NCBI RefSeq assembly: GCF_000150275.1
Contig: NW_002060943.1
Span: 1,354,832-1,418,831 of the forward strand
Direction: 5' to 3'
DNA from: Trichoplax adhaerens
Lineage: Eukaryota; Animalia; Placozoa
Length of the DNA stretch: 64,000 bases
Shown: positions 41,768 to 53,489 of the stretch, one piece after another
Position numbering within the stretch: position 1 is the stretch's first letter
How the letters are laid out: every line of letters starts with the position of its first letter
The notes under the pieces: model-generated
Database searches by the model: none
What the model saw: the letters and a program-made list of their open reading frames with translations, nothing else
What the model was told of the DNA's origin: nothing
Made by a program: the position numbers and the translations under genes

Positions 41768-42230
41768 TCAAGCTGGGAACTTTTGAACAATTTTCTAAAT
41801 ATTAATTGTATTACTGGGTGGATTATGGTACAATGGTAGTTTTCGGTTCCTATTATGATGATAATCTATCAGCAGACTACGATTATAAATAGTATTCATG
41901 AAGATGATATAATGTAGATGATCGGTAGAAGCTCAACCTAAAGCATATTCTCATCAATTTGGAGTCACTTTGCAATGCTCACGCAGATGTAGAGAGATAA
42001 CTGTAGTAAATAAAGGTTAAATAATGGTTCAAGCTGGGAAGTATTAAACAATTTTCTAAATATCAATTATATAACTGCTGGATTATGGTACGGTAGTAGA
42101 TTTCGGCCATTATTATGATGATAATGAATAATCCATCAATAGACTATAGTTATAAATATTATTTATAGACTTAATATAATGTCTTTAGAGGATCGGTAGA
42201 AGCTCAACCGAAAGCATATTTTCATGAATT
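41768..42230. repeat. Tandem duplication, 2 x ~200 bp with ~260 bp period
   Basis: tcaagctgggaa...aacaattttctaaatat...ggattatggtac...tattatgatgataat...gatcggtagaagctcaacc.aaagcatatt at ~41768 and ~42028. Confidence 0.88.
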
Positions 42231-43107
42231 TTTGATCAGTTTGCGATACTTTTGTAGTGATTGAATGTATAATGGTGGCTTTAATGCTAAATAAAGGTCA
42301 GCAATAAACATACTGCCAAACAGATCTCAATCTTTTCCTTTTTTTCAAAAAATCCTTCATCGAAGTTCATGTATTGATAGGAAAGCAATTTATTACAAAA
42401 ATGGTCCCTGTTTTTAATCATTTATTATCGTATATTTGCTGATAACTAAAAAGCATGAAAAACACCTTACCAATATTCTACCGTAAAACAATTTCTATCT
42501 TGAGTAATAATCAAGTCATTGATTACTTTATCTGGATAAGTAAGGTAGTTAATAAAAACATAGATGATCTGACATAGGTTCACTATAAACATCAATTATA
42601 CTCGTTAGTCATCCTAAATTTATTATTTAGATCATCTACAATCCGCCTAAACTCATAACATCAATTGCAACACGAAAAAATAGCGGTAGCTTATAGCAAA
42701 ACAACTTGCAGTTGAATTGACATAGTTTTATTTCTATCTGCCTAGCTATAATCTTTTTTAAAATAATATTATGCGAGTAAGAAATAACATTTAATCCCGC
42801 CTTACCGTAATTTATTAACGATATTATAGACGTACTCAAGGTGAATTACTGTTAATATTTTTAAGATAATCCGCAAGCTAGAATTTCTACCAAAGCAATA
42901 CCTGAAAAATAGATAATACTTTAATGAAACTATTTATTAATTTTCGCAAAGTAGGAAGCGAATGGGTTACAAATTGGCAGGCTAATAACAGAAGCCTATT
43001 CAAGTAATCATCGATATAGTACAGTCACTAACTATATGGATCATTATATTGTGATTAACAGGTTAACTTACCATTGTTGAAGATGAAATCAAACTTGAAT
43101 TTAAGAT

Positions 43108-46100
43108 TTATTCACCCCCTTCTGGTGCTTTTTCATCTAAACATTATCATGGATAAAGATAAGGAGAAAATATCCATTGTTAATAAGTGATACACATGAT
43201 TAAGACATCATACATATGCTTTTAAAATACCAAAGTCAAAAGTGGATATGGTTTCCAAGTAATGCTTCAAACACTATCAGTTACACTTACAGCCTGATTT
43301 ATTTTGAACTTTTTCAACAACTTTCTTAGTAACACCAGTATCAAGAGCGAAGTAGAGAATAATATCAGCCACGATTAAAGCACCAACAATGGAGAGGATG
43401 ATAATGATAGCCAAAGTGAAAGGTGCCATAGGAGCTAAAGTTATAATTTATGGCGAAGATTATCAAGAGGGTAGCAAAGCCAGAAACATACAAATAGGAA
43501 ATATCAATTCTGACATTCTACTTAATTTTATAGTTTTATAAGAGCAAATAAAGAAGTTATTAGACAGTAAAATTAAGTATTACTCTACCTGCAGCTGTTT
43601 TCACTGTTTTTAAAGGGCTGCTATAAGTGATACCCGCAGTATTTATGGCACCAACACGAACGTTATAGCTTGTCGATCCATTAAGTTTGGTAACTGATGC
43701 GCTCATGACATCTGCTTTAGTCTATGAAATAATGATTTTTATCTTTACAGTTTGTTTGATATACGGAAAAATGTTCAAAATTCTCCATATGTATTAATAA
43801 AGACTAACAATTTATATTATCACAATAGCTACGGATGAATAGTAAGAATTGTAATTTAAAATTGCGTCATTTTTCCATTTCATCCGTTAAATTTATCTAT
43901 TACATTTATTTTGACTTTAAACTACTTGATACTATACATTTATAATAAAGGCATTAAAAAATTTTAATTTGATAGATTGGATTATACAAAGTCATGATCA
44001 ACTGGGCCACTATTTAATCACAATTTATTCACGTTTGTTAATTTATATTACAGAGAATTGGTTATATCAGTGTTGTTTGCATAAGGTTGGATATTAATTT
44101 ATGACCATCTGAATTATAGTAAATTGCTCAGAGATTATATCTTATCTTACAACTAATATGAGAATATCCTAACATGCATTAAACATAAGGCAAATATATT
44201 TCACAGCCTGCAATTTTTGATTTTCAAATAAAGATACTTGATCTATTGGTGTCTTAGATTCTATACAGCTACAGTTATAATCGAAAAATAGCAGTGGCAA
44301 GAATATGTACAATATATGGATATACTAATACGGCAGGAATGAAGGGGCAAGGATACTTCAACTTGTATTGGACATATCAAAATACTGCTGGTAGATCAAT
44401 TTTAATTTAAGAATATAAAATTGATGACCTATCGGTGATTATTCAACATTCTTTACGGCTCTATTTTTGTCATTGGGAGAAATAACTTATATCTATATGG
44501 TATACTCTTATCGAGGCTAATAAGTGGACTAAGTCATGGATATAATATTGAGAAGGTCTTGAGTAAAGATATAGCACTACGTACAGGTGGCCATTCAATT
44601 TAAACACGTTATGCTGCATGAAATGCCAGATATAGATATTAATTTATCCTTAAAATCCTCAATCTGATTCAACAGTTCACGCTACGCTTAGTACGGATAA
44701 ATCATATACATCAGTATCGACTCACTTGCGTGGAAAACCAATTTTTCGATACAACTTTGCCTGCACGAATTTGATATTCAACCTTATAAGCAGTAATGGG
44801 CGCACCGTTATCACTGATTGGTGCCATCCAAGAAACCGTCATAGAATCATACTTGATATTTTCGATAGAAATATTGCGAGGTGCTGTGGGTGGATCTGCA
44901 AGAATCAATGGATAAAATAGCGTCAAGATTTGGAAAACTACCTGGATATTAGGCTAAGTAATAGGAAACTTGCAGATACATTGTACCTGAATAAGGTAGA
45001 TTGCAATGATTAACTTACTTATAACAATGGTTTTAGTTTGTGATTTCTTTGGCTTTCCCCAACCGATTTGATTCTTAGCAGAGACTTGAATCTGATATTC
45101 CTTATTGTAGGTTAATTGGCTTAGAGTATATGGGGTAGTGGCATTATCGATGGTAATCCAGTTCGCATCGCCAACCATTCGATATTCTAAACGATATTCA
45201 GTGACTTTACGTCCATGATCATTGGTAGGTGGTTTCCATGAAACGGTAATCGAATGATCAGTACTTCTAAGGAAGAGCTCTGTTGGCATACTAGGTTCAG
45301 CTGCAAATAAAATGGAAATTAGTACAATAATATACGTTAATCCATAGATGAGAATAAGGACGAGATATAGAAGAGAATTAATCTAGAAAAATTGATTGAT
45401 TATTTCCAGTTGCAGAATACTTTGAGTGCGTTATGTTACTACCATAGCAGTATATTTATATCAAAAAGTATATAGTATAAGTCAAAGCTCATACTGTATT
45501 AATTGTTGATCCTGAGGTACGAGCGCTAATGAAATGAAATTATTCACATCACTACTCTAAATTCAGTACTTGGAAGAAAGGTCTTTGACTACCAAATAGG
45601 CCATAGTACCTTATTTTACATAAAATACGAGTAGATTATCATAGATGACTCTATGATCACTAACGAAAAGTAATGCATATACATGTAAACGAATAGGATC
45701 AGTATTCAATTTTCCTTCTCATTTTAACTTATTTTTGAAAGAGCAACGCCTGGTAGAGAACAAATATTCAAAGTTGATTTTCATTAAATTACCTAAACGA
45801 AGAGTCATTTCGATGGCTTCATAAGAAGGTCCCCAACATCGTCGATTGTGTGCGGCAACTTTGAATTCGTATTCAGTATTATCTTCAAGACCTGTAATGG
45901 TGATTGGTGATTTCTTTCCTGTTTTCATCACGAAGACCATATCAGTATCATTTTTGCGATAATCTACGCGATAGTCATCAACGGGCGCTCCACCATCAAA
46001 GTCAGGTGGCATCCAAGATGCAACAACATGAGTATAGTAGACATCGAATTTAACTTCTGTAGGTACTCTTGGACATTCTATGATTTACAAAATAAGAGTA

Positions 46101-49100
46101 TATTGAATAAAATGATTATAGATAATTCTATCCAAGTTAAAATGATTGATTGGCAGAATTATTTTAGTGATAATTAGACTAGAAAGGATGAATGTACATT
46201 CGGGGACTCCTAAGACATACTCCAGGAGTTTATCTTAAGAGTCCCTATTGTAGTCAAATTACATAACGATTATTCCAAATTAATTCAATTATAAAGAAAA
46301 TTAATCTAAGCATAAATTCTTTGATAGCATCACTAAAAGAAGGATCATTAGTTCAAAATCTACTTTAAAGGTTATTAATCTATTCATAGAATGGATGAAT
46401 ATTGCCCGCTAAAGATGTTTTGATCAATTTAAATTATATCCAATTTATGACAGATACTGTATAATTGGTTCCTTCAATCCTTTCATATTATCGTAAATAG
46501 AGTGTGGATTAGTTTAAAAACGATATAAAATATAAATATATCAAACATTCTTAAAATTAGGGAGACTAAACTATTCAGACAAGGGGAAAAATACGTGATA
46601 TTAAGGTTAGAATAATAGGATAAATAGCTATGAAAGTAACGTATCCTATCGCTACTTCATGACCAACTTATTCAATGAAAACATAATCATTAAACTTCTT
46701 TTTAATAAGTTTATCAATCATTCTCAAAATTAGATAACTAAGCTATTTAGACAAGGAAAGAAAACATGCCTTTAAGGTAAGAAAAATAGGATAAATAGCT
46801 ATGACTGTAACACATCCTATTAAAGCAATTTAAATCCTATCGCCATCTTATGACCAAACTATTCAATAGGGAATGAGTATTAAACTTTTAAATAAAAAGA
46901 TTAAGTATTCTCAAATTAAGCAAACAAAACTAATAAGACAAGGAAAGAAAACATGGTATTAAGGTAAGAATAATAGTATAAATAGCTACCGTATGGGTGT
47001 AACATGTTGACGAGAACAATTTCAATTCTATCACCATTTGACTAAACTATTCGGTAACGACATGATTGTTAAACTTCTTCTCCTTAATTATCCCTTTCAA
47101 AACTGATTATAAGCTTTAGCTCAGCTTACTATCTCGAAGGCACTTGGGTTTCGTGTTTAGCTAAAGTATCGAGCTTAAGATGAAAAGTCGTTTTTCCTAC
47201 AGTAATCTTGCTATTTTACTTTTTCAATACTAGCTGCAGGCATTATTTTGCCTTCTTGTTAAAACTTTATTGGCAATTACATGTTAGGCCTTGAAGTAAA
47301 TTTGTAAAGAGCAAAAATACTCTTACAGTGATTTCTATTGCTAATCGGCGTCTACTTTAAAGGTAAATTTACTCTAGTACAGAGTTCCAATCGAGTTTGC
47401 CTTCATTCAACTTGGAAATTGGATATGTGCTAATTCTATACCGGTATCATGCTTGCAATGAATTATTATTTCTCTAAAGGTAGAAAGACTCACTTGCTCG
47501 ATTTGTTTTAGCAGTAAAGACTTTAGATTCTGCACCGTAAGCAATATTATTGGATACCGCAAATCTGAAATCATAGCTAGTATCGTCCACTAAACCGGAA
47601 ATATCCACTGGACATTTATATTTGGAGCTTTCAATAATTTTTGTTGTCACATTCATAGGAGCACCGGTGGGCCAGTACATGATCTTGTACTTTGTTGCAG
47701 TCGCTTTCTCAGACTCAGGAATAGTGAAACAGACATTAATATGAGAGAATTTGGCATCCAATTTACATTCACTTGGTGGCTTTGGTAAATCTAGAAAGGA
47801 AAGGAAGGATAAAGAAAGACTTGGATCATCCTTCTTGAATTCAATTTATTTGTTACAACTGGCTTGATCGGTTGGTAAGGCGGATCAATTTGCTTCTATA
47901 CAATCTATTCCTAATTCCTTGATAATCAGTCTATAAAATCTATTTCTATCTAGATTATTACCTGAAATATTCAGTGTTGTAGCCTGGATAGTTTTTCTAT
48001 CCTCTTGAAGAGTTGTCTTGACAATGCACGTATAATTCCCTGCATCTTTTTCAGTGACATTTTTAAATACTAAGTTACCATTCTTAGCTACATCCCTGTT
48101 TGGATCTACCCCCAAAATTTCATGGTGATTAAATTTCCATCGATATCTTACTGCGGATATTCCTTTTCCTTCTCCATGACATACTAAGTATCCAGGACGA
48201 CCAATAATGAGGTATTGGGTTGTAGGAGCAATCGCCTTTAACTTTCCTATTTAAGAGTGAAATAATTGGAAAGTTGAAACCATTTTGTGCCAAAAGCGGC
48301 AATAGAAATTATTGCAGAGTATTCAGTTGCATAATTATACAATTCATTTTTAAATCTGTTCTTAATTATAAACGACAAATCATGATCATTAGCACTTAAT
48401 CTATCATATAATGGATTGAAAGCTACAAACCTACTATAATTTTTTTTATAATAATTCATTCAAGATTGAATTTCAATATCAATATGATTTCCTCTATTTT
48501 TACGATACGCTAATTATCCCGTATTAGCAGATCTAGAAGCATTTATCCAACTATAGTCCAATTAGACTTATTCTATATGGTGTTTGCGTTGATCAATGAT
48601 TGAACAAACTTGTAGAATAAAATGGAAGACTTTGATCATCAACTTTACCATTCTAATTGACAACAATTTTTTCTTGTCTCCATAGAAATCAAAAGGTCAT
48701 TTTTTACTAACCGGAAACATAGAGAACGGCAGGTTCTTTTTGAAGAGAATTTTCGTCTAAATAAACACAGTTATAGGTGCCTGCATCGGATAAAGTGGCG
48801 TTGACAATACGCAATTCTGTGCCATTATTTGTCACAACAGTATGCGGATCCGAATCGGGCAGATGAGTTCCATTAGGCGTTTGCCAATACAAGAATTTAC
48901 CAGGAGGTCCTTTTTGATAGATTGTGCAAGTAAAAGTTATATCTTCGCCCACTAAGATACGTTCTACAGCTGGTTTCACCCTAGCATCTATATTGATCAT
49001 GTTCAAATTGGGAAAAGGATTTATTAGAAATATTCCATTTATTTCAGGCAGTTTAATCCAATCTCAAAGAATCCAATTCAACTTGGCCATAAGAATTAAA

Positions 49101-50842
49101 GTGACAGATAGTAAAACACATAATCGTTTGGATGGACGATTACAAAATAGATCTATTATGAAAACTTCTATCAGCTGCATTATTATCGACAGTAGTGGCT
49201 AATAAGGCAATGTAAAATACAACTCGTAGATCCAATTTTTGCAAGTATTATCTTTAAAATCTTTCGATGATGTGGGATAATACTACAGCTACCAAATACC
49301 CTATTAATATCAACACTTTACTTTTCAAGTCTTAATAGACAGCCATCAGTACAAGACAAATACCGTTCTGTGGTGAAATAAAATTCGATGATTTTAAATA
49401 GTAATACTCTCGGTAATACCTTCATTCGTATTAACACTTAACTTTTCAAGTTTAATGAACTGCCATAAAGTAAGAGACAAATACTATTACCCCTATGGTG
49501 GAAAGAGTTAGAGGATTTGGAATAGAACTACTCTTGTAAAATACCCTATTAGTATGAAAATTTTACTTTTCAAATTTTAATGGATTACTAGAAAGTAAAA
49601 GACAAATGCTATTACTCCTGTAGTAAAAAGAATTCGATGATTTGGAATAATGTTACTCTCGCAAATACTCCAATTAGTATGAACTCAACTTTTCAAGCTT
49701 TAATAGACTGTTATAACGTAAAAGACAGATACTCCAGTCGTGAAATGAATTAGATGATTTGGAATAGTACTACTCTCGCAAGTACCTATAAGTTTGAACA
49801 CTTGACTTTTTAAGCTTGAATGGACTACTATCAAGTAAAGATAAATAGTATTGCAGCACTTCTGTGGTGAAATGAATTTGTAGGACAAAGTGAGCATTAA
49901 GAATCAACTTTTCAAGTCTGAATGGACTACTATTAAGTAACAGAAAATACTGTTACTCATATAGCAAAATCAATTTTTAGGATAAAATGAGTATTAGGAT
50001 CAATATTTCAGGTTTTAATGGGCTGTTGTACAGTAAAAAACAAATTCTGTTACTCCTGTAGTAGAATAAATTTGTCGGATAAATGAGTATTAGGATTCAT
50101 TTTTTTTAACTTCTAATGGACTACTGTAAAATAAAAGACAAATTTTATTACTCCTGCTGTGAAATGAATTTGTAGGACAAAATGAGTATTCCACTTTTTA
50201 AGTTTAATGGATTGCTATCAGTAAAATAATGTCACTCTTGTAGTAAAAATAATTTATAGGAAAAAAATGAAGTTCTTGTTGTAGCTCTACTACTAGTTCA
50301 GTTTATGCCTATAGGCGCATCCATTTTTAAGTTTGAAAGCTCATATTAATCCAATACCTGAACAATTTATTAATGAATTACGTTCATACTCCCATTTTAG
50401 ACATAAAATAGATATATGATCAAAATTTTGGCATGGATAACTAGCAGCAGTGTCGGCATGATGTAAAATAATCGTAGACAAGTTCTGAGAATATTTTAAA
50501 ACAGACTTTTTTTGGTATTAGCTGCCGAAAACAACTTGTAGCTGATCCACAAAATAATTTTTATTACAGGTATATCTTTTCAAAATTTTTTCATTGTACA
50601 GATGCATAACTACAGTCGATACTTGACGGATTATAAAGTTGAATTTCATCGGTTTATGGTCTAATTTTAAGACAATTAATTATGGGAACTAATGTAAGAG
50701 CTTAGTATTAAATGATTGCAGTGCAATCATTTGATCTAAGGTGATTACTTGCTTCTCTTTCCCTCTTTTACTTACATGCAGCACTTGTGGGGCCGACACA
50801 TATGGTGGCCAAGGAAAGGGCGACAATGATCCAGGTCTTCAT
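43108..50842 (-). CDS. NCAM/Fasciclin-II-like type I membrane adhesion protein (signal peptide, 2 Ig, 4 FN3, TM, short tail), ~655 aa
   Basis: Exons: 50842-50776 (signal peptide MKTWIIVALSLATICVGPTSA), 48987-48712 (Ig1, DAGTYNC), 48246-47962 (Ig2, DAGNYTC), 47790-47494, 46077-45793, 45300-45019 (FN3 1-3), 44895-44726 + 43721-43589 (FN3 4), 43434-43291 (TM), 43136-43108. Domain-separating introns are phase 1. A probable non-coding exon ends at 51121. Confidence 0.88.
46203..46245 (-). other. Intronic inverted repeat / RNA hairpin, ~20 bp stem
   Basis: gggactcctaagacatactcc-a-ggagtttatcttaagagtccc; the 21-nt arms are reverse complements with 3 differences. Confidence 0.7.
46560..47080. repeat. 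Intronic degenerate tandem repeat, 3 x ~180 bp
   Basis: agacaagg.aa.aaaa...ttaaggt.aga.taatag.ataaatagcta...tgac.aa.ctattc...taaactt at ~46577, ~46749 and ~46936. Confidence 0.85.
49270..50270. repeat. Intronic degenerate tandem array, ~9 units of ~120 then ~98 bp
   Basis: The anchor cttttcaag(t)...aatggactac...agtaaaagacaaata recurs near 49321, 49442, 49566, 49689, 49807, 49908, 50005, 50105 and 50193. Confidence 0.85.
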
Positions 50843-52040
50843 CTATAGATATTAAACAACGAGGATATAGGATTAAGTTACTATATGCAGACTAACTGCT
50901 ATCCTACGACTAGATGATGTATTACCAATGGGTAGATTAATAAAAATTAAAATTTTTGAAGGATAGCAATTCAATTTCAAGTATTTCTACTCATTAACGA
51001 ATCTTAATTCAATATCAAACTGAATAGGAAAGAGTATCAAGTCCGTCATGGATTATTATTTTTTGCAGTACTCTTCCTTCTTATGGAAAAAAATAGAAGA
51101 CATATTCATTTTCCTCTTACCTTGGTAGTCCTGTCGTTTAGCCAACTTGGAAAAAAGTCTGGCAGAGGTTACTGATAGTAAATATTTTATACTACAGAGC
51201 ATATGGTAGCAGAAATAACTAAACGATGATCTAATAACACATGGTGTATGCTAATTTATGTGATTGTCATCTTTGATCCTACGTCAGTACAATCATATGC
51301 TTGCCAGAGCCGTTCTCATTTTTCACTTCCTTGATATTCCAGTTACAATGTGATTGGTAGAAGAGTAAACATTCAGGGATAAAATATTTAGCACCAAATT
51401 AAAATAATTCTATCCTATTTATCCATTTTCACATTATGATATTGACCGAATATCTACTCATAGACGTATCTCGATAACATGATCGAATATCTGCCTTACT
51501 TATAATTATTTTACCCACATAAGGCCAGCATAATGAATGGCCTCGTTGATAAATATGATTAGTAATTAATCTGGTGAAAAATGGACCAATTCCTGCCAAT
51601 GTTATTAACTAATGATCGATGTATTGTATTAGTATTACGATATCAATGAAAAAATCTTCCATTTTATACCTATTATAAAACAAGAATTTTCATGTTTAAT
51701 ATATAATTTATAATGATAGTAGCAAATTACAGTAGTTGTATATTTTAAAAGTACATTAATAATATGAGAAAGAGAAATATGAAACTCAGGCTAATTGATC
51801 GTTCCGAATTATGTATTATAATTTGTACTATAGATTAATCAATTATGGCTGGTTTAATGAAACAGCATATTTATGTTTAAGGGATTCGTTATGTAACTCT
51901 ACGCGTAGTCATATATCCTCTAGTTGATATTTTTGATAGCTATATTTGATATCATTAGGGTTTATAAGAATAGATATTATCATGATGCTAATGTTAGATG
52001 ATTCTAAATTACGATAGTAGAAATTGCTGATTACTAATAT

Positions 52041-52675
52041 TGTATTAACCAGCTAGCTAAGAATAGTCAATAGATCGATGTGGATTGATATACTATAATT
52101 GTAAAGATCATCCTAGCGGTGTTAGGCATTAACAGAAGGATAATGATATATTAAGCAGACCGATTTGTACCGTAAAACATATTGATAATTATAATCTATT
52201 TAAGGAAAAGTCTTCTGCTTGATGACTCAAGTCTGATTGTAGGCAACTTTATTAGCGTAAATAGATTTAAAAAAATGTACTTAAGAATTGCAGGGATGAG
52301 CTCAAACTTTACTTCTTTTGAGCTTAGAATATTCTAGATTAAATTCTTGTTCATATATTTAGTATTAGCCAGTTAGCTAAGTATGGTGAATAGATCGATG
52401 TGACTTGATATACTATAATTGTATAGATACCCTGCATCTTTACGGTATTAGACATTAATATAATAATGTGATATTAAGCAGACTGATTCGTGTTGTAAGA
52501 CATATTAATAATCTATTTGAGGAAAAGTTTTCTATTTAATGACTCAAGTCTGATTGTTTGCAACTTTGTTGCTCTAAAATAGATTAAAAGAAATGTATTC
52601 ATGACCAGTAGAGATGAGCTTAGACTAGACTTTACTTCTTTCGAGCTCAGGGCACACTAGATTAGATTCTTGTTC
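52041..52675. repeat. Tandem duplication, 2 x ~320 bp
   Basis: gtatta.ccag.tagctaag...aatagatcgatgtg..ttgatatactataattgta...tgactcaagtctgattgt...gatgagct...actttacttcttt.gagct...tagatta.attcttgttc at ~52041 and ~52361. Confidence 0.9.
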
Positions 52676-53489
52676 TCATTGATTTTTACCCCACTATGCT
52701 TAATAACTCTGTAATTAACGCTACTTTTTTATAAATTCTATCTGCCCGAGACAATTCTTTTGGTGAGAATTACACTAAATTGGAAAAAAATATTCCAACG
52801 ATATCTTTATTGCAATACGTTATGGTACGCGTGAGAGAATCAACTACAGATTGATTTTAGAATTCAATCTTGGCATAAACTGAAATGAACACTATTTATA
52901 ACTCCTGCCAATAAAGCACTCAAATTGTTTTTTGATCAAGTGCCAAAGATGCATCTAAAATGTATTCACCTTAGACAGAATAAACTAATTTTTTACATAG
53001 ATATAAATACTATGCATTACATAGTAGATCCAATCTATTTTATCAATGTATATTGCATACTACAATTATTGATAACAATCTAATCCCTACATAATGCATA
53101 TGTGCACATAACAGCGGCTAAGTAATTTTATTGTACAGAATGTTTTATTCAATGTACAGTTAAGACTATTATAACATTTTCAGGTAACAGTCATGATGGT
53201 AACGATAGAGCTTATTAGAATTTGAGAAAAGTCAAGAGAACACATCATACATGAGCAGCATCAATAGCAACTCCTAGGTCATAATTTATATGGTACATTA
53301 ATGATATAAATGACATCATAAAAAATTATTCAATTTTGACAACGTACCTATTTTCATTTATAATAATTTAAAATTACGGGTATAGTAAATGATTGAAGTG
53401 AATCAATCCCATTTTGATGACAGTACAATAGACTAATATTTTACAGTATTGATATACATTGAATACAGTACAAGATCGTTTGAGTTGAA

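Noticed and set aside
49270-50270. Regularly spaced repeats (also 14020-14522) as a CRISPR-like array
   Set aside because: Whole units are homologous and degenerate with no unique spacers; eukaryotic intron or intergenic context; no cas genes.
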